From Parasitella parasitica NRRL 2501 (Eukaryota > Fungi > Mucoromycota): a DNA stretch of 64,000 nt. Each line of letters opens with the position of its first letter. Within the stretch, counting starts at the first letter, position 1. Below the pieces are notes generated by a model that saw only the letters and a list, made by a program, of their open reading frames with translations, searched no databases and was not told the origin of the DNA. Both the position numbers and the translations under genes were made by a program. The stretch spans positions 1-64,000 of the forward strand of contig MU619244.1 in assembly GCA_025201805.1 (NCBI GenBank). Reading direction: 5' to 3'. Positions 1-10,605 of the stretch are shown one piece after another.

Positions 1-92
1 TACAGTTGAAAGCTGTGAATTATTACAAGTCTCTTTTTATTGTATTGAAATATCTGAAATATACATCAGTATAGCTCTATTGCGACTACTAC
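1..92 (-). repeat. Repeat family A, copy 1 (LTR-like), capping the pol 3' end
   Basis: Bases 1-69 are the exact reverse complement of 7619-7687; looser similarity extends to an AGTAGTAGTC motif in both copies. Confidence 0.85.
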
Positions 93-3000
93 TTGGGTCA
101 TTGTTGGCAGGATTATCGATGCGTTGAAGACGGTCGGCTTCACGAACAACACGACGGCTTGCTGTGGGGTCATACCAGGGTGCACTTGGTTTTTCGCCTT
201 TTGCTGCTTTCAATCTGTCAACATGTACTAGTGACTGCAGTGGTTCACCAGATACAGTTTCCAACTGATATGTACCAAATTCAGTAAAAACTTTTGTCAC
301 AACGTATGGTCCTTTGAAGCGAGGTTCCAAACCAAATTTTCCTTCATGCGTCAACATCACTAAATCACCAATTTCAAAGCTTGTCGGCTTAATTTTGGCG
401 TCCCAGCGTTGCTTATCAGCTTCACCCATTGCCTTCAAGCGAAATTCTGCGGCGGCGCGATGTTGGCCAAGCAATTCCAATTCGCGAGAGGTTATATCCG
501 CCACTGTGCGTTTATCTAATAGCATTTCCTTGGTAATGTAAGGCCTTAAGATATCACCAGGAAGTCTTGGTTCGCGCCCATATACTAAGTAGAAGGGGGA
601 AAATCCCGTTGTAGAGTGAACCCGCACTCGACTAGCCCATAGTGCAGTGTTGACAAAATCATCCCAACGGTGAATAGCACCATTCACGTATTTTCTCAGC
701 ATCTGCTTGATTGTGCCGTTATATCTTTCGACTTTGGAATTCGTGCGAGGATGGAATGCCGATGTAAGTTTGTGGTTGGTACCGATTCGCTTAGTATAGG
801 CTTGAACCAAACCACTTGTAAAGTTAGCTCCTCGATCTGTGATAATTTCGGAGGGACAACCAAAACGCATAACAATTTCCTCGTAAATGAAATCTGCAAC
901 AGCTTCCATGGATGCAACAGGTACAGCCTTTGCGATGGGCCAGTTTGTGAGGTAGTCAACTGCTGTCAAAAGCCATTTGTTTCCATTAGCTGTGGTAGGT
1001 AATTCGCCAACAAAATCTAGATGCCAACGGTCAAATGCTTTTGGTATTTTCAGAGGGTGCATGACATCTTGGTGGACTTGATCACGACGACTGTTTAATT
1101 GGCAGGCAGTGCATGTTTTGAGCCAGTTTTGGATGTCTTTTCTATATCCAGGCCACCAGTATCGATCACCAAACATTTTCAACATGGTTTGTATGCCCGC
1201 ATGACCAAATGCTTCATGGTATTTGAACACCAAGTCTGCTCGTAGAGAAAATGGGATGAATTTGAGCTCTGAGGGGTTACCTGCTTCGTTTTTGACTTTT
1301 CTGTAAACCGTTTTTTGACGCACCACAAACTGATCCTCCTCACGATCCAAATGTTTACGCAATTTTCCATCGGGCTTCATTTTTTGATACTCATTGTCAA
1401 TGTATAAGAGCGGCCAGTCTGACTTGATAGAGTCTGGTAAGGCTTCCCAGGCTGCATACAGATACTCAGGAGTCAAGGAAGGAACATCCACACCGTTGTC
1501 AGCCAGTAGATCAGGTTTTCGAGACAGCGCATCTGCGACTTGATTGTCTTTACCAGCTTTGTATTCAATATTGGGGGAAAACAATTCATAATCTGCAATC
1601 CAGCGAACTAAGCGAGGTGTCGGGTTAACCTGATGAGACTGGAAGTAAACCAGAGGCTTATGGTCGCTGTATACTGTATATCCACCTTTACAGCCATCTA
1701 TAAAACATCTCCAAGTCCGTAGTGCGTGGATAATGGCAATTAACTCACGCTCTTGTGCTGGTAGTTTCTGTTCAGCCTTGGACAATTTCTTTGACTCAAA
1801 TGCGACAGGTAACCACGATGAAGTTTGTTCATCTTGTTGTAATAGGACAGCACCTACACCAAAATCACTCGAATCAGTTTCGATCCTGTATGGCTTGTTC
1901 ATGTCAGGAAGCTTTAGTATGGGCGATGAAGTCAACATTTTTTTTATGGCATTGAAACTAGCTTCGCATTGTTCGTTCCATATAATTGCACGTTTTTTCG
2001 CTCCTGTACCGTGGGTCAATTCTGTCAACGGAGCTGCGACTGAGGAGAACGATGGGCAGAAACGACGGAAATGCTGTGCAAGGCCAATAAATTGGCGCAC
2101 TTCTTGGACATTAGCTGGTCTTGGCCATCCGTGGATTGCGTTCACTTTGGATGCGGACGGCGAGATTCCTTTTGCAGATACGTGGTATCCCAAGAAATCC
2201 AATTCTCGCTTACCAAATTCACACTTTTTGACATTGACGATTAACCCTTCCTTTTCAAATATAGATAGCACTTGACGGACATGCTTGACGTGGTCTTCTA
2301 GCGTTTTGCTGAATATACAGCAGTCGTCTAAGTACACCAAGGCGAACTTGTCAATACAGTCCTTAAGGATACCGTTCATCCAGGCCTGGTATGATGGAGG
2401 GGCATTGGACAATCCAAAGGGCAGGACAAGCCATTCCCACTTGCCGTATCTGGTATTGAACCCGGTGAGAGGTATATCCGTATCCTGGAGCCTTATTTGG
2501 TGGTAACCAGAACGGAGATCCAGGCAGGTAAACCACGAAGCGCCTTGCAGCCGGTCTAAGCATTCATCTATGCGCGGCAGGGGCGTGGAATTACGCACAG
2601 TAACTTTGTTCAATGCTCTGTAATCAATGCACATTCGCATTTCGCCATTTTTCTTCTTCACAAACAGCACTGGTGCTCCCCAAGGCGATGATGATGGTCG
2701 GATCAGTCCTAGTGACGACAATTCGCTCAATTGGCGCTGTAATTCATCGAGCTCAGCAGGACTCATGCGAAAAGGCGGTCTGTTAATTGGTTTTACGTCG
2801 TCAGGAATATTTATTACGTGTGCAAAATTTTGGCGATTTGGAGGGAGTCCAGGCAGTTTGTCCTGAAAAACAGTTGGAAAATCGGCCATCAATTGCTTTG
2901 TCCACAGTATATTATCTTTACTAATATTGTTTTCAGCGCCATCCCTCTTTGCTTCATCTACTAAGTAGAGAAAACATGCTTCGGTACCCTCCTCTTTCAG

Positions 3001-4905
3001 TATTTTCTCCATTTGTAAATGCGAGATTAGGTAGTTCAACTCTGGTTGTTGTGGTTTAAGATCAGCATTATTGTGTGCATTTTTATTGCAAATTGACGAC
3101 GACAGTGGTGAGACAACGACATTTTGTTGGCCACAACACGAGAGCTTCCATGTGTCGTCAAACCAATCCGCAACCGGTTGATGTTCTTTTAACCACGACC
3201 TTCCAAGGATGACATCAAATTTTGTATCGAACACAAATGCTGACATACGACTAGCATGGCCTTGTAAATTGAGCGTATAGACAATTTTTTCGTTGATAGG
3301 CGATACATTTCCACCTGCAGTTTCCACTTCTCTGCCATGAATTATGCTTCGTTGACCATCAATAATTCCTGCAATGCGTCCGGAAATGTAATTTTCACTT
3401 GCACCATTGTCAATTAAGCAATTGACATTTACCAAATCCGACGAATTGTTTAATTTGATTGTTGCTGGATACAGTGGAAGAGTCGAGGCATTTGCTGCGT
3501 TAAGTAGATTTGTTAGATAGACCGAGTCCGTTATAAAATCCATCGCAGTAGTACTGTCATTATGGTGCTGAAGGTCTTGCACTATGGGTACCAGCTCAAC
3601 AGGGCGACAGCCATTATGCGACAAGATCGCCCTCTTCTCCACGGATTTTGGCCTGACATTATTAATATTACTGGTGCCAGTAACGATAGGGGCTACAAGT
3701 GTCAGAGAGTCAGAATTGAAAGGGTCAATTTCAGCAATGGTTTGATTAATTTCATGTAATTGCATGTTCCTTTGCTCAGTGATTTCATCACACAATGACA
3801 ACAACAAACAAGATGAACCAGTAGTTTTATTAGCAGCAGAAGATGACGATTTACTACATTGTGGGCATTCACAATCTGTGTCTCCAGGAGCAGCAGCAAC
3901 GGCTTTATCGACATATTCAATACAGTTGAGAGCACCAACAGATTTAAAAACTTTGTTGCGTGTATTGATATCCAATTTGTCAAAAGCCTTCATGATGTCG
4001 AAAGCACGAACTGAGCAATTAAACGATTTATGGCCTGCTTTCTTGCAGTGGTAACAGAAAACATTCGGATCATGAGGTCTACTTTTGTTATAACGACCAC
4101 GATGGTGGTTGTTGTTGCTGTGGTTGTTGTTGCTGTGGTTGTTGTTGCTTTTGTTGTAATTGTTCTTGTTGTTATTATTGTTGCTGCGCTGATGGTACAT
4201 AATTGCATCCAAATCCATAGCTTGTACATCGTTACTTCCATGGTGATAGCCAGAATTAGTTTGAGCACCAGCTGTAGTCTCGGGGTGATGGGCAAATTCA
4301 TGTGCTAAAGCCATAGAAAACAGTTTTCCCAGTGTACGATCGTCGATACTCATGGCACGAATCTGAGCAATGAGTTCCTTGTCCTTTAATCCACGCATAA
4401 AACGATCGCATTTTTCACGTTCATTGATGTCTTTGATTGGGATAACGGCATCCATAAATCGATCGACATAATCTCGTACTGATGTGGTTTGACGGATCGT
4501 CACCAACAAATCTCTTGCCAAATCCTGATCATTGGATGGTCGAAAATTTTTGATCAATAACTGTTTTAATTCTGTCCAGGTGGTGGGTGTTATCAGAGCA
4601 CTCTCTGGGTCCTCATAGTGTGCAATAATAGTAGCAGCACGGCCAGAAAGCAACGAAGAAGCGAAACTGTATGCTTTTGTGTCGTTCCACATGTTGTGTT
4701 CCTTATGTTTTTCAATCAGACGTATCCACGCATCAATTTCAGCAGCATTACGGTTGCCACTGTATGTGGGTGGCGTAGGCAGCTTTGTTTGTTGTGGGGC
4801 TTGAGCCTCTATAAAAGCCCTCATCATGTTGGTAAACATTTGTTGATTTTGTTCAGCAAAATGTTGTGCATCAAATTGTTGTTGAGGTTGTTGATGGTTA
4901 TCCAT
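37..4905 (-). CDS. Ty3/Gypsy LTR retrotransposon Gag-Pol polyprotein (single ORF)
   Basis: 1622 aa with retrotransposon Gag, MDLD motif, zinc knuckle CYHCKKAGHKSFNC, protease LIDNGA, RT (RMCIDYRALN, LDLRSGYHQ, YLDD), RNase H (TDSSDFG, ERELIA), integrase HHCC/DDE and GPY motif, in PR-RT-RH-INT order. Confidence 0.96.
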   Translation of the reverse strand: MDNHQQPQQQFDAQHFAEQNQQMFTNMMRAFIEAQAPQQTKLPTPPTYSGNRNAAEIDAWIRLIEKHKEHNMWNDTKAYSFASSLLSGRAATIIAHYEDPESALITPTTWTELKQLLIKNFRPSNDQDLARDLLVTIRQTTSVRDYVDRFMDAVIPIKDINEREKCDRFMRGLKDKELIAQIRAMSIDDRTLGKLFSMALAHEFAHHPETTAGAQTNSGYHHGSNDVQAMDLDAIMYHQRSNNNNNKNNYNKSNNNHSNNNHSNNNHHRGRYNKSRPHDPNVFCYHCKKAGHKSFNCSVRAFDIMKAFDKLDINTRNKVFKSVGALNCIEYVDKAVAAAPGDTDCECPQCSKSSSSAANKTTGSSCLLLSLCDEITEQRNMQLHEINQTIAEIDPFNSDSLTLVAPIVTGTSNINNVRPKSVEKRAILSHNGCRPVELVPIVQDLQHHNDSTTAMDFITDSVYLTNLLNAANASTLPLYPATIKLNNSSDLVNVNCLIDNGASENYISGRIAGIIDGQRSIIHGREVETAGGNVSPINEKIVYTLNLQGHASRMSAFVFDTKFDVILGRSWLKEHQPVADWFDDTWKLSCCGQQNVVVSPLSSSICNKNAHNNADLKPQQPELNYLISHLQMEKILKEEGTEACFLYLVDEAKRDGAENNISKDNILWTKQLMADFPTVFQDKLPGLPPNRQNFAHVINIPDDVKPINRPPFRMSPAELDELQRQLSELSSLGLIRPSSSPWGAPVLFVKKKNGEMRMCIDYRALNKVTVRNSTPLPRIDECLDRLQGASWFTCLDLRSGYHQIRLQDTDIPLTGFNTRYGKWEWLVLPFGLSNAPPSYQAWMNGILKDCIDKFALVYLDDCCIFSKTLEDHVKHVRQVLSIFEKEGLIVNVKKCEFGKRELDFLGYHVSAKGISPSASKVNAIHGWPRPANVQEVRQFIGLAQHFRRFCPSFSSVAAPLTELTHGTGAKKRAIIWNEQCEASFNAIKKMLTSSPILKLPDMNKPYRIETDSSDFGVGAVLLQQDEQTSSWLPVAFESKKLSKAEQKLPAQERELIAIIHALRTWRCFIDGCKGGYTVYSDHKPLVYFQSHQVNPTPRLVRWIADYELFSPNIEYKAGKDNQVADALSRKPDLLADNGVDVPSLTPEYLYAAWEALPDSIKSDWPLLYIDNEYQKMKPDGKLRKHLDREEDQFVVRQKTVYRKVKNEAGNPSELKFIPFSLRADLVFKYHEAFGHAGIQTMLKMFGDRYWWPGYRKDIQNWLKTCTACQLNSRRDQVHQDVMHPLKIPKAFDRWHLDFVGELPTTANGNKWLLTAVDYLTNWPIAKAVPVASMEAVADFIYEEIVMRFGCPSEIITDRGANFTSGLVQAYTKRIGTNHKLTSAFHPRTNSKVERYNGTIKQMLRKYVNGAIHRWDDFVNTALWASRVRVHSTTGFSPFYLVYGREPRLPGDILRPYITKEMLLDKRTVADITSRELELLGQHRAAAEFRLKAMGEADKQRWDAKIKPTSFEIGDLVMLTHEGKFGLEPRFKGPYVVTKVFTEFGTYQLETVSGEPLQSLVHVDRLKAAKGEKPSAPWYDPTASRRVVREADRLQRIDNPANNDPSSSRNRAILMYISDISIQ

Positions 4906-5265
4906 TATTGCTTTCTTTGTTGAGTAGTGTAGTAAAATGTGTTGTTTGGGTTGTTGATTTCAGGTGTGGTACAGTAGTAAGTTTAGCACCAGGAGGGAAA
5001 ATAATGTTCTACAAGCCGGAAGGTCACTAGCGAGAACGAAATGATGTAGCAGATATATGTGGTCTACGAGCCGTAGCGAGAACCACTAAAAATAATAGAG
5101 GGGTGGATATTATGATTCAGTAAACGATAAGATCTATTATATATGATTTTCGATCTTTTCCTTTAATGAATACTTATCCTGCGTGCCTTGCAGTTCGACT
5201 TTATTGTTTGCTTATTTGCTGTGGGTGGCAAACAAGAAAAAAAAAGGAATTAAAAAAAAAACGTT

Positions 5266-5280
5266 GACCAGATGCTACCA
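5266..5280 (-). promoter_or_regulatory. Primer-binding site, probably for initiator tRNA-Met
   Basis: Minus strand reads LTR end CTGACA, then AT, then TGGTAGCATCTGGTC. TGGTAGCA is complementary to a ...UGCUACCA tRNA 3' end of the kind found on eukaryotic tRNAiMet. Confidence 0.7.
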
Positions 5281-5282
5281 AT

Positions 5283-5606
5283 TGTCAGATACGAATATGT
5301 AGATTTAGTATCTGAAAGATGTGATATGCTTGGATAGAAATAGTAGGTTTTAAGATGTAATACGATAGATAATATTATAGTTTTAGTTGTGGCGAGATGA
5401 AAAAAAGGTCTTTATTATCTTTTACTTGTGGGAAGAATATAAACTAGATAAGTTTGTGTAATATAGCGTGTAACCTTTGTCTAATGTTTCTCTTGGCTTT
5501 CGGTATCGTGGGTTTAAACTTACGTTTCTTATTTCGGTTTGACTTTATTGACTCTATGATATCCTGCAGTTCATAATCGCTCTCTGGCTCTATATCTACA
5601 CTGACA
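5283..5606 (-). repeat. 5' LTR of Gypsy element 1
   Basis: 324 bp bounded by tgtcag/ctgaca inverted ends, next to the PBS; a diverged partial copy lies at ~7153-7346. Confidence 0.85.
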
Positions 5607-5609
5607 AAT

Positions 5610-6001
5610 TGTTACGGGTATAAGTGAATTTTGTAATGCTGCCATATATTCGGGATTTGAATCGAAAATTACCATAATAAGAAGATGTTCCTGAACGGAC
5701 TTTACAAAAAAAGAATCAGGGTTTTAAATGATAAATATTGTTCTAGCGGTTACATGTCAAAACGACACATGGCTTAAATAAAAAAGGGGCTTTCTTTCGT
5801 CTAAATAATTCATAGCATACTTTATCCATTTGGTCTATATCGCTGAGATTCTTCGCAAATGTATAATTTATCAAGAACACTATTGCAACAACAAACATAT
5901 TAGGTCATTCCTCGTACACCTTGTATATTTGTTAGAAAGTACCCAAAATCTATCTAAATATATTTCACGAACAAGCACCGCAGCGTATCATAATTGTTAC
6001 A
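5610..6001. repeat. Probable solo LTR (family B)
   Basis: Starts tgttac and ends gttaca; shares the blocks atcgctgagat and gcaccgcag.gtatcataatt..taca with ~6990-7154. Confidence 0.5.
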
Positions 6002-6187
6002 AATGTAAATTTTTTTTCATGGTCCTGATTGATTACCCGCACGTGATCAGAGTCTGAGCCAATTGAAGCTACGTTCCTGAACCTGATGTTGAATTCTGGG
6101 AACGTCTCATCTTAGACATATATATGGAATTGATATATACGAATAATTGCTATACAAAAGTATATATAGTTATAAATTGACAGATAG

Positions 6188-6507
6188 TGTTGTGCCAGTG
6201 TCAAAGGGCGCAGCGTAATGTTATGTAAAATATGATTTGTATAAAGTAATAAGACTTTTCTGAATAAAACCAGATACAAAACTGAAGACTTTTATTGACA
6301 TAAGATATGATCTCTATTTATACTAAAATATATCCCAATCAATGTTTATCCACATAACATCTGATGTTTGACAAGAAGTGTCAAACCTTATTAAATCACA
6401 GCATTTCCAGGACAGACCTATCTTTCTATTTTACATTAAAGAGAAGATTGGGTAGGATGTCTTCCCGACATCCCGCGATCTGATCTAGATGTATTCTTTG
6501 AATAAGC
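6188..6507 (+). repeat. LTR-like repeat family C, copy 1
   Basis: Starts TGTTGTGCCAGTGTCAAAGGGCG; near-identical direct copy at 12025-12351. Confidence 0.85.
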
Positions 6508-6722
6508 CTGGAACCTTGCAAGAGGTCCAATTACAACTTGTAGCTTATTCCTTATTTGTAAAAGAATTACCAACAATTAATATCATGATCCGTGCATTAT
6601 GACTAAGTTAGATATGACATATGTAGCCTTTATATGGATACAACAGATAGTATGTTTGCCGACTGTAAAAACAAAGAGATACTATTCAATAATATAAAGT
6701 TCGTATAAAAGGACTAGTTCTC

Positions 6723-7154
6723 TGTAGTATAAATAAATATACACTAGAGAGGAATGTATGTAAAATAATGTAAAGTTAAGTTTACGAGAGAAAAAGGTTA
6801 TTTATTATCAATGTTGACATATGCAAAGCATATGCAACTTGCAGTAAAATCGATCAATTACTATATAAAGATGTGTAACCAAAAATGTACACTACAACTA
6901 CTTGCACATATCAGAATTATGCTTCATATTTGAAATAAATCGAACTTTCTTACGTTTAAAATACTGTCATATATAATTATTTGCTATTCTATCGCTGAGA
7001 TACCATACCAGTCTAGTTATTCGACATAATATACACTTAAACAACAGCAAAACAGTCTAATTAGTCTCGGCATTGACCTGTTTACTGCAAGATCTTTCCA
7101 AAACATCGCTACAAATTTCACAAAACCCGCACCGCAGAGTATCATAATTCTACA
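6723..7154. repeat. Probable solo LTR (family B, diverged)
   Basis: tgtag...ctaca termini; right end homologous to ~5835-6001. Confidence 0.45.
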
Positions 7155-7346
7155 GATACAAATATGTATATCAAGTATTTAAAAAATGTGATGTCTTTGG
7201 ATAGAAACAGTAGGTTTTAAGATGTAATACGATAGACAATATTCCAGTTTTAGTTGTAGCGAGATGAAAAGGTGTCTTTATTATCTTTTACTTGTGGGAA
7301 GAATATAAACTAGATAAGTTTGTGTAATATAGCGTGTAACCTTTGT
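7153..7346 (-). repeat. Partial diverged copy of the element 1 LTR
   Basis: Aligns to ~5286-5480, sharing tttattatcttttacttgtgggaagaatataaactagataagtttgtgtaatatagcgtgtaacctttgt. Confidence 0.8.
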
Positions 7347-7376
7347 GTTGGGTCATTATGGCCTCGCCGGTGTTCT

Positions 7377-7591
7377 TGTTGTGCCAGGTCTTGAAAATGA
7401 GCACAGCAGGTGATTGTATGTGATATAAAAATATAAAAATGTAATAAAGACATTGTTTACCAGATACAAAACTATTGATTAATTGATTGACAAGAAGCTG
7501 TCTATTTATATTAGAATAAATCTATCTAAATCAATCTATAAAATTCAATCAGGACATGTTTGACATTTAATTGTCAAACAAGATTATAACA
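7377..7591 (+). repeat. Diverged relative of repeat family C
   Basis: Starts tgttgtgccag and shares ccagatacaaaact, tctatttata and atgtttgaca...gtcaaac blocks with family C. Confidence 0.5.
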
Positions 7592-7592
7592 C

Positions 7593-7718
7593 AGTAGTAG
7601 TCAGAGCAAGACCTATTTCTGATGTATATTTCAGATATTTCAATACAATAAAAAGAGACTTGTAATAATTCACAGCTTTCAACTGTATCCGAACAATAAA
7701 AGAAGTATCTCGTTTATT
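7593..7718 (+). repeat. Repeat family A, copy 2 (LTR-like), running into an assembly gap
   Basis: 7619-7687 is identical to the reverse complement of 1-69; ends at the N-run 7719-7728. Confidence 0.8.
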
Positions 7719-7728
7719 NNNNNNNNNN

Positions 7729-8079
7729 CGATACAGCCCATAAGTGGGTGTTAGCGTCGCAATAAAGGGTCAGAGCAACAATGAACTCCTTCTGTCTGTC
7801 AAAGACTTCAGTAATGTCGATGATGAGAGAGTGAGCCACTGTGCCTGTCAAAAAAGGTCGAGCAACTTTGTGCGAGAAGTGATCGACAGGAGGTGTACTT
7901 GCAGCGCTGGAGGTGAGGGGTTCATGTTCACCGTTTGGCTGGATGGTTGGCGAGACCGACATAACACTCGAGTTGATGTTGGATCCACCAGAAATGACAG
8001 TAGACCATAGTTTTTTGCTTTGTTGAAATGACTTCGGGCTCTTAAAGGTGCCATTGTGATCTTTAGCGGAGGAAGCCAT
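7729..8079 (-). mobile_element. Possible non-LTR retrotransposon ORF1 N-terminus inserted antisense into Gypsy element 2
   Basis: ATG-initiated Ser/Pro-rich ORF (LWSTVISG...SLIIDIT) runs into the gap and abuts the Gypsy RT at ~8090; the ORF1 resemblance is recollection only. Confidence 0.4.
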
Positions 8080-8090
8080 GTCTCCTCAAA

Positions 8091-10594
8091 GACGCGAAGT
8101 ACTTTGCTGTATATGACTGCTTGAAAGGATTCTGGCAACTGCCTCTAGCCGCACAATCGAGGGATCTGAGCGGGTTTGCGACATTGATGGGCTGCTTTCG
8201 CTGGACCAGACTTCCTATGGGGATGAAATTATCTCCCTTGGCCTGGCAGGCCCAGATGGACGCTTTATTCTTTGATGAATTGCTCAAGACATTTATCTGC
8301 TACATTGACGACGGACTGACCTTTTCGAGGACATTTGAGGACCATCTGGTACATGTCGAGAGTATCCTCCAGAAAGCACAGAAGGCCGGACTATCATTGT
8401 CAATATCAAAGTGCAAGTTTGGGTATAATCAGGTGAAAATCCTGGGCTATATTGTTAGTCGTGCTGGCTTACAGATGGACCCTGCTAAGACTCTACGGAT
8501 CCTACAATGGCCAACGCCTACGAATGTACACGAGCTGAATAGGTTCATTGGTGTCATCCAATATTATCGAAGATTCATTCCGCATCTCTCTCAAATGCTG
8601 GCTTGCATGAATGACCTCAAGAAGAAGAATATACGATTTAACTGGACCGACTACCATGACGCCCAATTTCAGACGTTAAAGCAAGCACTGATGGCTGACC
8701 CGATTATGAGACATCCGGACTTTAGCAAGAAGTTTATCCTACTTTGTGATGCAAGCAATGTTGCTATTGGAGGTGTACTGGCTCAAGAAAATGAAGAGGA
8801 CCCTGGTCTGTTGCATCCCATTTTCTTTGGTAGTAAAGCACTCTCTGAAGCTGAACGCAAGATCTCGACATATGAGAAGGAATTCTTGGCCATTGTATAT
8901 TTCATACATTTCTACAAGCAGTGTATCATGGGGAATCACTTTATCGTGTACACGGATCAAAAGAGTCTACAGTATCTCATCAAGTTCAATGAGGATGCTA
9001 GTGCTAAGGTCGTGCGATGGCAAGCCTCGCTCATTGCTTATGATTTTGATATCATTTACAAGGCTGGCAAACTAAACGTACATACGGACGCCATGTCAAG
9101 GCTGCAGACTGAATTGACCCCAGAACAAGAAGCAGGAGCGGTAATCGCAGACTACTACTTGCCTCTCAACGTGATTCGGAGAGAACCTGATGATGGATTC
9201 ACCGAAAGTCAAGGAACGATAAAGAAAAAGAAGACATCCTTGGAAGAACTAGTTGACAAGCAAATTGTCGGATCATCCGGCATGAAGGAAGAGGTATACG
9301 CTACCTTAGTCATCAAGTATTTAACTGAATGGAAGTATCCGGAACACTACACGTCCAAGAGAAGGAAAGCGCTCCGTCATCTGGCTCGAGGATTCCTGGT
9401 AGTCGATGGGACACTATATAAGAAGCCTACAAAAGAGTGCCCAGAGAAGAGACTAGTTATTCGTCAGGCGGAGGTAGTCAATGTGTTAAAAGAGAACCAT
9501 GACCATATCCTGGCCGGACATCTAGGCATTGGTGCAACTTACCAACGGATCAAAACCAAGTACTACTGGCCCGGTTACTATGACACTGTTAGGGTATATG
9601 TACAATCGTGCACTGTCTGTCAAGGATTTGGACTCAACAATCCTCGGGTCCCCATGCATATGGTGGAGAACCGAGCTGTGGAGGGCGCATTCTCGAAAAT
9701 TGGCATTGACTACATTTACGCGCCAAAGACATCTCAAGGTCACTCGGCGGCTCTAGTTATTATTGATTATATAACAGCTTGAGTCCATGCAGAACCAGTG
9801 TCCACCCAAAGTGCCAGTTCAACATGCTTAGTGCTATTCCGATACATTTGTCAGTATGGATGCCCACAACAGGTCATCGCTGACAATGGGACTCATTTCA
9901 CCGCCCAAGAAGTACAACAATACATGAAGAACACATTCGATATACATGTCAACTTCGGTCCACCACACCGCCCACAACGTCAAGGCAAGGTCGAGCGCGC
10001 AAATCGAACACTGAAGTCCATTTTGAAAAGATACGTCTGGGAGTACGGCACGGATTGGGATGTGCTAATGCCGGCAGCGCTGTTTGTCATGAGAACGATG
10101 ATCAAGATCGATGGAGCATATTCACCCTTCATTCTGACGTATGGCCGACCTCCTCGCTACATGCCCTGGAAAATGAAGACTTGTTGCATTATGAAGACGA
10201 AACTGATGAAGAAGCTGTGCTGCAAAGAATCACTGAACTAGTAAGGTTGAATAGAAATGTCATTCCAGAAGCCGTGGACAAGATAAACGTCTACAAGGTG
10301 AAGATGAAGGCCCATTATGACAAGACTGCCCAGTCGAAGAATTACAAAGTACATGACAAGGTTATGGTTTGTGATCATACCTTAGTACGAGATGGACAGA
10401 CATTGGTGCCTCGGTGGCTGGGGCCATTCATGATCAAAGAGAAGAAGGCGAAAGACACCTACATACTACAAGACCAGTTCCTCACATTACCTCACCCATA
10501 CCACGCAGATCAGCTCAAGTTGTACAGAGCAAGACCCAATATATATCTGCCTTTGCACATTAACCGTGGTCGTGTCCAGGTGAATGGGGGATGA
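8091..10594 (+). pseudogene. Decayed Ty3/Gypsy pol, element 2 (RT-RNase H-integrase)
   Basis: DAKYFAVYDCLKGFWQ, YIDD, CDASNVA, EKEFLA, integrase H-H-CxxC, DNG, ERANR and GPF motifs. In-frame TGA at 9780-9782 where TxW is expected, a frameshift near 10160, and a truncated 5' end. Confidence 0.92.
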
Positions 10595-10605
10595 TTGTAG
10601 TGAGC
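10582..10605 (+). other. Polypurine tract and start of the 3' LTR of element 2
   Basis: gaatgggggatgat is followed by TGTAGTGAGC at 10596, right after the pol stop; the LTR end was not located. Confidence 0.65.

Larger units (their letters stand above)
37..5606 (-). mobile_element. Ty3/Gypsy element 1 (5' LTR, PBS, gag-pol; matching 3' LTR not seen in the window)
   Basis: Gag-pol is preceded on the minus strand by a PBS and a TGTCAG...CTGACA-bounded LTR. Confidence 0.9.

Noticed and set aside
6050-6105. TPP riboswitch-like CTGAG...GAACCTGAT
   Set aside because: The downstream TAAT..GCG.AGG core and P1 pairing are missing, and no thiamine gene is nearby
9780-9782. Programmed TGA readthrough in the element 2 integrase
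   Set aside because: It replaces an expected Trp codon in an element that is also frameshifted and truncated, so decay is the simpler explanation
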